DNA of 22,409 nucleotides from a virus (Duplodnaviria; Heunggongvirae; Uroviricota; Caudoviricetes): IMG/VR virus record IMGVR_UViG_2534681674_000017; one strand, 5' to 3'. Shown piece by piece: positions 8,501 to 17,042 of this stretch (position 1 is its first letter; each line of letters starts with the position of its first letter). The notes under the pieces were generated by a model. It saw only the letters and a program-made list of their open reading frames with translations, ran no database searches and was not told where the DNA came from. The position numbers and the translations under genes were made by a program.

Positions 8501-8602
8501 ACATGCATTATCTTTAGTAATCGCAAAACAAGCAAATGCTTGACTGGTTTATTTAGTTGCGAATAAACTCTTGCTTGTTCTAAATGTGCTGAGATAAAAA
8601 TT
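8501..8602. promoter_or_regulatory. Divergent promoter/operator region between repressor and cro-like genes
   Basis: 102-bp intergenic region containing palindrome CAAGCA-AA-TGCTTG (8529-8542), an inverted copy of the half-site AACAAGCAA/TTGCTTGTT (8527-8535 and 8571-8579), and a TTGACT -35-like hexamer (8540-8545). Confidence 0.4.
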
Positions 8603-8884
8603 ATGACGCTAAAGGAATTCATCAAATCATTAAAAACTGGAGAAGCAAAAAAATTTGCGACCAATCTTGGTGTGTCTCCGTCTTTCTTGTCCCAAATGGC
8701 ATCTGGAACTTCACCTGTGTCTCCTGTTCGTGCGTTGATGATAGAAGCAGAAACTGGGGGACATGTTACAAGACGAGAATTGAGACCTAATGACTGGGAG
8801 CTTATATGGCCCGAATACACGGGAATCACGTCCCCTTCACGTCACAAATATGAACTTAACACCAAAAAGGCTGATGGAGGTTGA
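8603..8884 (+). CDS. ydaS: Cro-like HTH regulator, YdaS family
   Basis: 93-aa ORF; ...KFATNLGVSPSFLSQMASGTSPVSPVRALMIEAETGGHVTRRELRPNDW... resembles the YdaS/Cro HTH family; divergent from the repressor and followed by a YdaT-like gene as in Rac. Confidence 0.65.
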   Translation: MTLKEFIKSLKTGEAKKFATNLGVSPSFLSQMASGTSPVSPVRALMIEAETGGHVTRRELRPNDWELIWPEYTGITSPSRHKYELNTKKADGG

Positions 8885-8887
8885 TTC

Positions 8888-9313
8888 ATGAAAATCAAGC
8901 ATGAGCACATCCGCATGGCGATCAATGCTTGGGCCTATCCGGACGGTGAGAAAGTTCCTGCAGCTGAAATAGCCCGGACTTATTTCGAACTGGGGATGAC
9001 GTTCCCTGAACTGTACGACGATACTCATCCAGGCGCTCTGGGTCTTAATACCCAGAAGATTTTCCGCTGGGTAAAGAAAGATACTCCTGATGCCGTTGAA
9101 AAAATGCAGGCTCTGTTACCAGCTATCGAAAAAGCAATGCCGCCTCTGCTGGTGGCCCGAATGCGCAGCCACAGTTCCGCTTATTTTCGGGAGTTGGTAG
9201 AGACGAAGGAACGGCTGGTGAAAGATATTGATGATTTCGTTGCATCAGCGATCGTTCTGTTCGATCAGATGAATCGTGGTGGCCCGGCAGGAAACACTCT
9301 GGCTGTGCATTAA
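8888..9313 (+). CDS. ydaT: YdaT-like protein (cII-position regulatory protein)
   Basis: 141-aa ORF starting MKIKHEHI..., GGAGG 8 nt upstream; N-terminus and position match Rac YdaT as I recall it. Confidence 0.65.
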   Translation: MKIKHEHIRMAINAWAYPDGEKVPAAEIARTYFELGMTFPELYDDTHPGALGLNTQKIFRWVKKDTPDAVEKMQALLPAIEKAMPPLLVARMRSHSSAYFRELVETKERLVKDIDDFVASAIVLFDQMNRGGPAGNTLAVH

Positions 9314-9326
9314 TTGGGTAATAAAT

Positions 9327-9836
9327 ATGAGTAATGACAAAAAATTGACACTGAGCGTTTACGAAAACAGTCCGCACATCTGGCGTGGCGGTTTATCTGA
9401 TGTGGAGCTGGCAGAGTGGTTGATACATAAAGCTAATGCGCTGCTCTGGCGTTTGTCAGCCAGAGAACAGCGCAAGGAAACCAGAATAAAGCTGGCTGAT
9501 GCAGAAGCGTGTGCCGGGCTTATTGAGGATTATACAAATCTTGGTATTTCTTCAGCAGAGAGTGATCCCATTCAGCCTCTGAGCAGGGAGTCAATCCAGC
9601 ACGCTGGTTGTATGGCACATCTTGTAACTGCTCGTCAACATGAGGTGGGTATTGGATCACTTCCGGTGGGATATTCGATGATTCCAGAGCTGGTTGAAGC
9701 AAGAAAATCAGTTCAGAAAAAGAGAGATGACGCACTTCAATTATTGAGAGAGCACTATGGCGCGATACCAGAATGCGAACAGCGTCGATACCCTGAAGGT
9801 TATGAATGGATGCAGTCTCTTTTTGAAGTTCGCTAA
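9327..9836 (+). CDS. Hypothetical protein (169 aa) of the early-right operon
   Basis: ORF co-directional with flanking early genes, starting 14 nt after the ydaT-like stop (MSNDKKLTLSVYENSPHIWRGG...). A competing antisense ORF exists (see findings). Confidence 0.45.
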   Translation: MSNDKKLTLSVYENSPHIWRGGLSDVELAEWLIHKANALLWRLSAREQRKETRIKLADAEACAGLIEDYTNLGISSAESDPIQPLSRESIQHAGCMAHLVTARQHEVGIGSLPVGYSMIPELVEARKSVQKKRDDALQLLREHYGAIPECEQRRYPEGYEWMQSLFEVR

Positions 9837-10239
9837 TCAATATGTCGAGACGAAGGTATGTTTCGGCGCGCAGCCAGGCTCTGTAATCCGGGAGCATTTC
9901 GGGGCTGTTACACCAGCGGTTTGTTGCTGCAACATTTAATACATGAGCCTGATAAAGGCTTTTCAAAAAATACATGTCGAACCTCCTCTGGTTCTGTCGA
10001 TTGGGAACCACAGATTATATCCGGAGGAAGGTTCGGCACCAGATGAGGTAGCCATGCGTGATTACGCAAAAGTTTCTCCGCGATTCTGGCTGGGAGAAAC
10101 GGGGAGAGAACTTAGAAAGGCGGGTGCAGAAGCGCAAGTTGTTGCTTTTTACCTGATGACATCCCCTCACGCAAATATGCTGGGTTTGTATTACCTGCCA
10201 GTTTTATACCTTGCTCATGAAACCGGGCTTGGTCTGGAA

Positions 10240-10283
10240 GGGGCTTCAAAGGGGCTTCAAAGGGGCTTCAAAGGGGCTTAAAA
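10240..10283. repeat. Four tandem 11-bp repeats (GGGGCTTCAAA; fourth unit GGGGCTTAAAA), iteron-like
   Basis: Read directly: units at 10240-10250, 10251-10261, 10262-10272, 10273-10283. A unit is not a multiple of 3, so unit number sets the reading frame. Confidence 0.85.
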
Positions 10284-10517
10284 GGGCTGTTGAAGCTGGT
10301 TTTTGTAGCTATGACCATGATGCAGAGATGGTCTGGGTCCATGAAATGGCAGCCTGGCAGGTTGGGGAAACGTTGAAGCCTGGCGATAACCGTTGTGCAG
10401 GTGTCAGGAATGAGTATGCATCATTACCTGAAAACGCTTTTCTGTCAGTGTTTTACGACAGATATAAAACGGATTTCCATCTGGATGTGAGGCGGAATAA
10501 TAGCCGAAATTCGGTAA

Positions 10518-10550
10518 GGGGCTTCGAAGGGGCTTTTAAGGGGCTTCGAA
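10518..10550. repeat. Second cluster of three 11-bp repeats (GGGGCTTCGAA / GGGGCTTTTAA / GGGGCTTCGAA) followed by a GAACAG hexamer tract
   Basis: Read directly; 33 bp, frame-neutral; followed at about 10556-10600 by CAGGAACAGGAACAGGAGCAGGAG... encoding QEQEQEQEQEKEQEQ. Confidence 0.8.
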
Positions 10551-11203
10551 GCCAAGAACAGGAACAGGAACAGGAGCAGGAGAAAGAACAGGAACAGGAC
10601 AAAAACACTATGGTTCATGGCAAAAAAAACACCACGAACCAGGCAGGGGATGTTCAGACCGTCAATCCTGGTCAGCCAGCAGGCACGACACCGGAAGCCG
10701 ATTCAGCGTATGCGCTGAAAGCCGATTCGGGCGCTGTGCAGCAGGTGATGACCGCAGGGTCGGAGCAATCACACCAACTGCAGCAGCCTGAAGCCGATTC
10801 CGCCATTCAGCGGGAAGCCGATCGGGTAGTCCCGGAAAGCACCGGGCAGTCTGTGGGACGAGTGGATTATCCGGATGTGTTCGAACAGGTCTGGCGGGAA
10901 TACCCGTTGCGTGCTGGGGCAAACCCGAAGAAATCCGCTTTCAGTGCCTGGAAGGCCAGATTGCGCGAGGGGGTGCCACCAGAGACCATGCTGGATGGTG
11001 TGAGGCGTTACGCGAGATACCTGGCGGCGACCGGGAAAGCGGGAACGGAATTTGTTCAGCGAGCGACGACGTTTTTTGGGCCGGACCGGAATTTTGAAAA
11101 CCCCTGGTTGCTCCCGGTAAGCGGCACGAACAACCAGCGTTGTGTGAATCATATTTCTGAACCGGATACCGAAATTCCGCCGGGATTCAGGGGGTGATGT
11201 GGC

Positions 11204-11950
11204 ATGAAAAACATTGCGGCAGCCGGGGTTCTTGAACGTATTCGCAGACTTGCACCACAGGCGTCGGTTCCACCGTACCGGACGGTGGAGGAGTGGCGGG
11301 AATGGCAACTTGCTGAAGGACGAAAACGCAGCGAGGAGATTAACCGCCAGAATCACCAGTTGCGGGTGGAAAAAATCCTGAATCGTTCGGGCATCCAGCC
11401 TCTGCACAGCAAATGCTCGTTTGCGAATTATCAGGTGCAGAACGACGGGCAAAAATACGCGCTGAGCCAGGCCAAATCCATAGCTGACGAACTGATGACC
11501 GGGTGCACGAATTTTGTGTTCAGCGGTAAAACCGGCACCGGGAAAAATCACCTTGCAGCGGCGATGGGTAACCGGCTGATGGCGAAGGGGCGCAGCGTGA
11601 TTATCGTCACCGTGTCTGATGTCATGAGCGTGTTGCATGACAGCTACGACAACGGCAAATCCGGGGAAAAATTTTTACAGGAGCTTTGCAGTGTTGATTT
11701 GCTGGTCCTGGATGAAATAGGCGTTCAGCGGGAGACGAAAAACGAGCAGGTGGTATTACACCAGATAATTGATCGCCGGACAGCATCACTGTGCAGTGTC
11801 GGGATGTTAACAAACCTGAATCATGCCGCAATGAGTACACTTCTTGGTGAGAGGATTATGGACCGTATGACCATGAACGGTGGTCGATGGGTGACGTTTA
11901 ACTGGGATAGCTGGCGTCCAAATGTCAGCAATATGAGGGTTGTGAAGTAA
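11204..11950 (+). CDS. DnaC-like helicase loader (IstB-like AAA+ ATPase), YdaV-type
   Basis: 248-aa ORF with Walker A (FSGKTGTGKNHLAAA) and Walker B (LLVLDEIG) motifs; immediately follows the initiator-like gene. Confidence 0.85.
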   Translation: MKNIAAAGVLERIRRLAPQASVPPYRTVEEWREWQLAEGRKRSEEINRQNHQLRVEKILNRSGIQPLHSKCSFANYQVQNDGQKYALSQAKSIADELMTGCTNFVFSGKTGTGKNHLAAAMGNRLMAKGRSVIIVTVSDVMSVLHDSYDNGKSGEKFLQELCSVDLLVLDEIGVQRETKNEQVVLHQIIDRRTASLCSVGMLTNLNHAAMSTLLGERIMDRMTMNGGRWVTFNWDSWRPNVSNMRVVK

Positions 11951-11971
11951 TTTTGTCCGGAGGAAATTTTA

Positions 11972-12742
11972 ATGGAAACCGTATCTGACGCACTGAAAGC
12001 ACTGAAAAAAGCCTCTTCACATGTGGTGGCAGCTCGCCTTGGAATCAGTCGTGAAGAGGCTGTCAACGAGCTGTGGGAACTCAAAAGAAATGGCGTCGTT
12101 GATAAAACTGGTCACACCTGGTTTCTGGCTGGCGAAGGTGAATCCCGGGTAACCGAAGAGCGGCCAGTAAAATCTGAAGCACAGGATATGCTGACCGGGG
12201 AGGTCGAACAAAAAGTTACCGCAGACATGATGATTGAGTTTATCGGTCAGGATGGGGCTAAAACCTGTGAAGAAATAGCGGGTAAGTTCGGTGTCAGTAC
12301 TCGCAAGGTTGCTTCCACGCTGGCGGTGGTAACCGCAACGGGGCGGCTGGCACGCGTTAATCAGAACGGTGGATTTCGTTACTGCATGCCGGGCGATAAT
12401 TTACCAGCAGAGCCGAAAGCCGCGCTGGTAACGGAAAGTGATGGTAAGGCCTTTCCTCAGCCAGCAGGTGCTGCGTTACCAGTCCGGGAAGCCGCAACAC
12501 AGGAAGAAATTAAAACAGAAACTGTGGCGGACATTGTGCAGCCGTTGCCATCGTTTACCGAAACGCAAGCAGATGAGCTGATTTTTCCGTCCCTTCGCAG
12601 GGCAAACCTGGCGCTGCGCAGGGCGAAAAGTGATGTTCAGAAGTGGGAGCGAGTCTGCGCCGCGCTGCGGGAGCTGAACAAGCACCGGGATATTGTTCGA
12701 CAGATTACTGATTCTTCCCGCCGTGTTGTATCGGAAAAGTGA
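11972..12742 (+). CDS. Hypothetical prophage protein with two winged-helix-like segments
   Basis: 256-aa ORF with GGAGG 9 nt upstream; segments VVAARLGISREEAVNELWELKRNGVV and CEEIAGKFGVSTRKVASTLAVVTATGRLARV look HTH-like; acidic, Pro/Ala-rich middle. Confidence 0.55.
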   Translation: METVSDALKALKKASSHVVAARLGISREEAVNELWELKRNGVVDKTGHTWFLAGEGESRVTEERPVKSEAQDMLTGEVEQKVTADMMIEFIGQDGAKTCEEIAGKFGVSTRKVASTLAVVTATGRLARVNQNGGFRYCMPGDNLPAEPKAALVTESDGKAFPQPAGAALPVREAATQEEIKTETVADIVQPLPSFTETQADELIFPSLRRANLALRRAKSDVQKWERVCAALRELNKHRDIVRQITDSSRRVVSEK

Positions 12743-12757
12743 TTGCCGGAGGCGCTT

Positions 12758-13171
12758 ATGGCAAAAGTATTTACACAGGAAGAGCGGGAAAAAATTAAAG
12801 GGCAGGTTGTTGAGCTAGTACCCCGGAGTGGGCGCGAGACGTTACGGCAACTGGAAGCCAAGACAGGTGCGACAAGATATCTGATGAGCGTTCTTGCCAG
12901 AGAGCTGGTTGCCAGTGGCGATGTATACAACTCTGGTTACGGGTTATTCCCATCTGAACAGGCTCGTAAGGACTGGCAAAACGCCCGCAAAAAACTATCG
13001 AGGGCAAAACTGAAGAAACCGGTTGTGGTTGATCCTGACCTTATCTGGTCATTACCAGACGGAGAAATACGCCGCTATGACAGGCAATTGAACATAATTT
13101 GTAGTGAGTGCCGTAACAGTGAAGTGATGCAGCGAGTTTTGATATTTTACACAGGAGTAATGATGGAATAG
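12758..13171 (+). CDS. Hypothetical protein (137 aa from ATG 12758)
   Basis: ORF with GGAGG 5 nt upstream of ATG 12758 (MAKVFTQEEREKIKGQVVELVPRSGRETLRQLEAKTGATRYLMSVLARELVASGDV...); no recognisable catalytic motif. Confidence 0.5.
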   Translation: MAKVFTQEEREKIKGQVVELVPRSGRETLRQLEAKTGATRYLMSVLARELVASGDVYNSGYGLFPSEQARKDWQNARKKLSRAKLKKPVVVDPDLIWSLPDGEIRRYDRQLNIICSECRNSEVMQRVLIFYTGVMME

Positions 13172-13522
13172 TGAAAATAACATGAAACCTTTGGATTCTG
13201 GTGTTTCAGTGGATGGGAAAAGAGCAGATACATAGAAAATGAATAGCAATAATTCACAGTCTGGATGTTGTTTGTATGCTTATAAAATGATCCTAGTATG
13301 CATTGCCGGAGTTGAATCAGCTCCAATGAAGAAACTGAGAGGAGTATTTAGAAGATAGCTAAATGGATGTAATTATTAGTATCTAAAAAATAGTATTTTT
13401 GAAATGGGTCTAAGAACACAACAATGTACAAATGAGAAGTTATCTTTTAATATGTTCAAAGACCCATTAGGATTGATATCAGTTATGTTAGCTAGATTGA
13501 TAAAGTGATTACATATTTTCTG

Positions 13523-14296
13523 TTATATGCTGAAATGAATAATGCTATTCCAGAGTGCAGCAGAGAAAGTCTCCTGATGATTGAGCTCTGGAAATTGTAC
13601 AATAGAAAAATTACTGTATTTTTCTGTCAAAATATTTCTCAAAACAGATTCCGCTTTGATGGCTTCAGGATATAAAGATGCGGAGTAATCAAGGCTAAGA
13701 TTTCCGTTAAGCAAGCATATACTTTTAGTGTGCTTTGATTCTGACATATCATCTTTAATTATCTTGATGATTCTTTCATTCTGCCATAGAAGTGATGGTG
13801 CAGATATATAATAATAGTTAAAGCATGAATTATTTTTTAAGCAATCAAGCACAAAAATAGCACCTAGCGAGTGCCCCCATATACCGATTCTGGAACTGTT
13901 CGGAGCAATAGTACTAACCCATGGCATGATCTGAGTTAGTAATAATTCTCGGAAAGACTGGCTTCCTCCACCAGTAAAGTAGATCCATGCTGGTTTAGAG
14001 TTATCAACAATAGCATTTTCACCATCAGGAGTATAATCGTAAGCACGGCGATGAATGCTAAGGTTATTCCAAGATTCATAACCAAGTGTAACTAACACTG
14101 GTGGATTGGGTAGTGCATCAATAACAGGCAGAATATCAGAAATGTAATTGTTGGCACTATTCCCATCAAGTATATAAAGAGTTGCATTATTTTTTTTAAT
14201 GTTTTTTGGAGTAAAAATACATATTTTATATTTGGTGTCATGGTTAATTGAGTTAAATATGCGTGTTTGACAATGAATGTCCATATGTTTAGTCAT
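13523..14296 (-). CDS. Alpha/beta-hydrolase-fold esterase (putative-esterase family with Y-x-LDG and GHSLG motifs)
   Basis: 257-aa ORF on the strand opposite its neighbours, in a strongly AT-rich segment; motifs LYILDGNS and GIWGHSLGA (GxSxG nucleophile elbow); GGGAG 5 nt upstream of ATG 14296; no signal peptide. Confidence 0.7.
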   Translation of the reverse strand: MTKHMDIHCQTRIFNSINHDTKYKICIFTPKNIKKNNATLYILDGNSANNYISDILPVIDALPNPPVLVTLGYESWNNLSIHRRAYDYTPDGENAIVDNSKPAWIYFTGGGSQSFRELLLTQIMPWVSTIAPNSSRIGIWGHSLGAIFVLDCLKNNSCFNYYYISAPSLLWQNERIIKIIKDDMSESKHTKSICLLNGNLSLDYSASLYPEAIKAESVLRNILTEKYSNFSIVQFPELNHQETFSAALWNSIIHFSI

Positions 14297-14530
14297 GCGT
14301 TCTCCCCATGAGCATTAAAGGATGCTTAAGATATGCTATGTCACTGATAAAAAATTTGTTGTGTGTGTTTAGTTATTTTATCTACCTCCATTATGATTTA
14401 AGACTGATATATGTTATCAGCAAAGGTACATCGTTATTATTTTACCTGTCAATACATTTGATATTGATTATCGTTTACATCGCTTGCTTAGGAAATTGAA
14501 GGCAGGTAACTATCATGTCAATGAACAGTT

Positions 14531-14884
14531 TTGCCTTACCCGCCGACGGTGAACACCTACTGGCGACGTCGTGGCAGCACATATTTTGTATCAAAAGCCG
14601 GTGAGCGTTATCGCCGGGCTGTGGCACTTATTGTTCGCCAGCAGCGGCTGAAATTAAGCCTGTCCGGACGGCTGGCAATAAAAATTATTGCAGAACCACC
14701 GGATAAGCGCCGCCGTGACCTGGACAACATTCTGAAAGCACCGCTGGATGCGCTGACGCATGCGGAAGTGCTCATTGATGACGAGCAGTTTGATGAAATC
14801 AATATTGTGCGCGGTCAGCCTGTGCCAGGTGGACGGCTGGGCGTGAAGATTTACGAAATCAGAGGTGGTAACGATGGCGCGTGA
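14531..14884 (+). CDS. rusA: Holliday-junction resolvase RusA (non-ATG start, or frameshifted at its 5' end)
   Basis: ...[15 protein letters not shown]...[21 protein letters not shown]...[13 protein letters not shown] aligns with E. coli RusA (LPWPPSNNRYY...PDRRRRDLDN...KGGRL). Frame opens at TTG 14531; an ATG at 14515/14521 lies in another frame. Confidence 0.7.
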   Translation: MPYPPTVNTYWRRRGSTYFVSKAGERYRRAVALIVRQQRLKLSLSGRLAIKIIAEPPDKRRRDLDNILKAPLDALTHAEVLIDDEQFDEINIVRGQPVPGGRLGVKIYEIRGGNDGA

Positions 14885-15245
14885 TATCCAGATGGTTCTT
14901 GAGCGATGGGGGGCATGGGCAGCAAATAATCATGAAGATGTAACATGGCCCTCGATAGCTGCTGGTTTTAAAGGATTAATCCCGACTAAAGTGAAATCAC
15001 GTCCTCAGTGTTCTGATGATGACGCCATGATAATTTGTGGTTGTATGGCACGATTAAACAAGAATAATCAGTATTTGCACGATTTGTTGGTGGATTATTA
15101 CGTAGGTGGAATGACATTTATGGCTCTTGCACGTAAGCATAGATGTTCTGATGGGCTTATTGGTAAAAGGCTTTATAAAGCGGAAGGTATTATTGAAGGA
15201 ATGCTTATGGCTCTGAATGTCCGGTTAGATATGGATATGCGGTAG
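14874..15245 (+). CDS. Late-gene antiterminator Q (QuuD/phage-82 type)
   Basis: From ATG 14874 (GAGGTGG upstream): [61 protein letters not shown]..., closely resembling DLP12 QuuD as I recall it; overlaps the rusA stop, the usual rusA-Q arrangement. Confidence 0.8.
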   Translation: MARDIQMVLERWGAWAANNHEDVTWPSIAAGFKGLIPTKVKSRPQCSDDDAMIICGCMARLNKNNQYLHDLLVDYYVGGMTFMALARKHRCSDGLIGKRLYKAEGIIEGMLMALNVRLDMDMR

Positions 15246-15397
15246 GGATATATAGTGATGAGGGTTATGTTTTCTGCGTTTATAATTAACATGTTTATTT
15301 TTTTGATGGTCATGTATTGTGGAAGGTAGATAAAATGTTGCCTGGTGAATTGAAAATATTGATAATCAATCTTCATCATTAAATAAAAGGAGTGCTT

Positions 15398-16216
15398 ATG
15401 TGGATTGTGTTAGTACTGTCACTGTCAACTCTCAGTTGGCATAAGGTAGTGGCTTTTTCATTGTTGACGGTGTCTGTTGTCCTGGCTGTGCTTAATGATA
15501 TTATTGATTGGTCGGTGTTATTTTTTGTTGCTACAATCGTTTTTTTTATTATTTTGAAGTTCAACTGGAAATATAACGCCTGGGCTAAATCTATATATGA
15601 AGTTGGCATAGTTTTATCAGCCATAGCATTATCTTTCCATCTATGGCCAGGGTTTCACAATCCTGTAGTGCTAAATTCTGTTACTGTTGGCCCTCAAAGC
15701 ACTCCCTATACAATGTATTTTAATTTTGATAAAGCGCTGGTGCCATTTTTGTTAGTCCTGTGTACATCTTCTTTGTTTAAAAAAGAAGTAAAATCAGAAG
15801 TGTCTTTGTGGAAGTGGGGGGCTCTGTCGCTCTCTGTTCCTCTTATCCTGTTTTTGGCTGTTTTTTTTGGTGGATTAAAGCCAGAGATTCATTTTCCTGA
15901 GTGGTTGCCAGAGTTTATATTGGCTAATTTGTTTTTTGTGTCTCTGGCAGAGGAATCATTATTTAGAGGGTATATTCAATCACGGCTATCAGAAGTAACG
16001 TCTCCATTGGTTGCATTAATTGTGGCGGCTTTGTTGTTTGGTTTTTTTCACTATTCAGGTGGTGCTTTACTTGTATTATTTGCCACGTTATCTGGTGTTG
16101 TGTATGGATTGTCATGGATGTGGAGTGGGCGTTTGTGGGTTGCCACCCTTTTCCATTTTGGTTTGAATCTGTGTCACTTGTTATTCTTTACCTATCCATT
16201 TTTAAAACATAATTGA
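15398..16216 (+). CDS. CPBP-family (CAAX protease / Abi domain) intramembrane metalloprotease-like protein
   Basis: 273-aa polytopic membrane ORF (GGAG 5 nt upstream of ATG 15398) with the three CPBP motifs in order: EExxxR (AEESLFRG), FxxxH (FGFFHY), HxxxN (HFGLN). AT-rich coding sequence. Confidence 0.75.
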   Translation: MWIVLVLSLSTLSWHKVVAFSLLTVSVVLAVLNDIIDWSVLFFVATIVFFIILKFNWKYNAWAKSIYEVGIVLSAIALSFHLWPGFHNPVVLNSVTVGPQSTPYTMYFNFDKALVPFLLVLCTSSLFKKEVKSEVSLWKWGALSLSVPLILFLAVFFGGLKPEIHFPEWLPEFILANLFFVSLAEESLFRGYIQSRLSEVTSPLVALIVAALLFGFFHYSGGALLVLFATLSGVVYGLSWMWSGRLWVATLFHFGLNLCHLLFFTYPFLKHN

Positions 16217-16356
16217 TTTTTTCTATGGTTTTAAATTTATAAGACTGAAAAATAGCAGGACGTGACATTTGCATGAAAAATATGCACGGCAAAGCATTTA
16301 CGTACGTAAAAAATCAGGTATGCTGTTAAGAGTGGTTATTTCGCCGCATAGCTTGA

Positions 16357-16379
16357 CCCCGCCTCTGAGCGGGTTTTTT
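16357..16379 (+). terminator. Putative intrinsic terminator downstream of the CPBP gene
   Basis: Hairpin CCCGC-CTCTGA-GCGGG (16358-16373) followed by TTTTTT (16374-16379). Confidence 0.45.
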
Positions 16380-16700
16380 GTGCCCGCAAAGTAGCGCAGT
16401 ACGTTAAATGTGCTGGTAGTTATTAATACAGGTCTTTCAGCTTGCTGGCTTTTTCGACAAGAGTTATTGGTGTGTCACGTTAACCGGAAAGGGTAAAAAG
16501 ACATGCTGAAACAGCAGGATATGCAGAAACCGCCAGAGTTGTGTTTGATGAATTAAGCGTCACCGAACCGGCGACGGTCGGGGAGATTGCGCAGAATACG
16601 TACCTTTCACGCGAGCGCTGCCAGTTAATACTGACCCAGCTGGTTATGAACCGCCCCGGGAATCCTGGAGACTAAACTCCCTGAGAAAGAGGTAAACAGG

Positions 16701-17042
16701 ATGACTAAAAATACACGTTTTTCCCCCGAGGTCCGTCAACGGGCAGTTCGTATGGTTCTGGAAAGTCAGGGCGAATATGACTCACAATGGGCGGCAATTT
16801 GTTCCATTGCCCCAAAGATTGGCTGTACACCAGAGACTCTGCGTGTGTGGGTTCGTCAGCATGAGCGGGATACCGGGAGTGGTGATGGTGGACTCACCAC
16901 CGCTGAACGTCAGCGTCTGAAAGAGCTGGAACGTGAAAATCGTGAACTGCGCCGCAGTAACGATATCCTTCGCCAGGCTTCCGCTTATTTTGCGAAGGCG
17001 GAGTTCGACCGCCTCTGGAAAAATAATGCCGCTGCTGGATAA
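16701..17042 (+). CDS. IS629-like transposase OrfA (copy 2)
   Basis: 113-aa ORF identical to copy 1 OrfA except I15V. Confidence 0.8.
   Translation: MTKNTRFSPEVRQRAVRMVLESQGEYDSQWAAICSIAPKIGCTPETLRVWVRQHERDTGSGDGGLTTAERQRLKELERENRELRRSNDILRQASAYFAKAEFDRLWKNNAAAG

Larger units (their letters stand above)
10054..11197 (+). pseudogene. Replication-initiator-like gene (putative replisome organizer upstream of dnaC-like loader), apparently frameshifted within an 11-bp tandem repeat
   Basis: N-terminal frame (ATG 10054, MRDYAKVSPRFWLGETGRELRKAGAEAQVVAFYLMTSPHANMLGLYYLP...) stops at TAA 10279-10281 inside the repeat block; the downstream protein-like frame (...DAEMVWVHEMAAWQ...VDYPDVFEQVWREYPLRAGANPKKSAFSAWKARLREG...) is offset by one and runs to 11197. 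Family assignment (YdaU/DUF1376-like) is tentative. Confidence 0.45.

Noticed and set aside
10240-10600. Possible CRISPR array from the short tandem repeats
   Set aside because: Units are 11 bp, directly abutting with no spacers, and lie inside a protein-coding gene; this is inconsistent with CRISPR repeat-spacer architecture.
10769-11638. 289-aa minus-strand ORF spanning the end of the replication gene and the start of the dnaC-like gene
   Set aside because: Lies entirely antisense to two plus-strand genes with clear motifs (Walker A/B in the dnaC-like gene); Arg/Pro/His-rich composition typical of a shadow frame in GC-rich coding sequence; no SD.
14308-14499. 63-aa hydrophobic ORF in AT-rich DNA upstream of the esterase gene
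   Set aside because: Low-complexity AT-rich frame (Ile/Leu/Tyr-rich) with no SD; more likely the promoter region of the divergent esterase gene.
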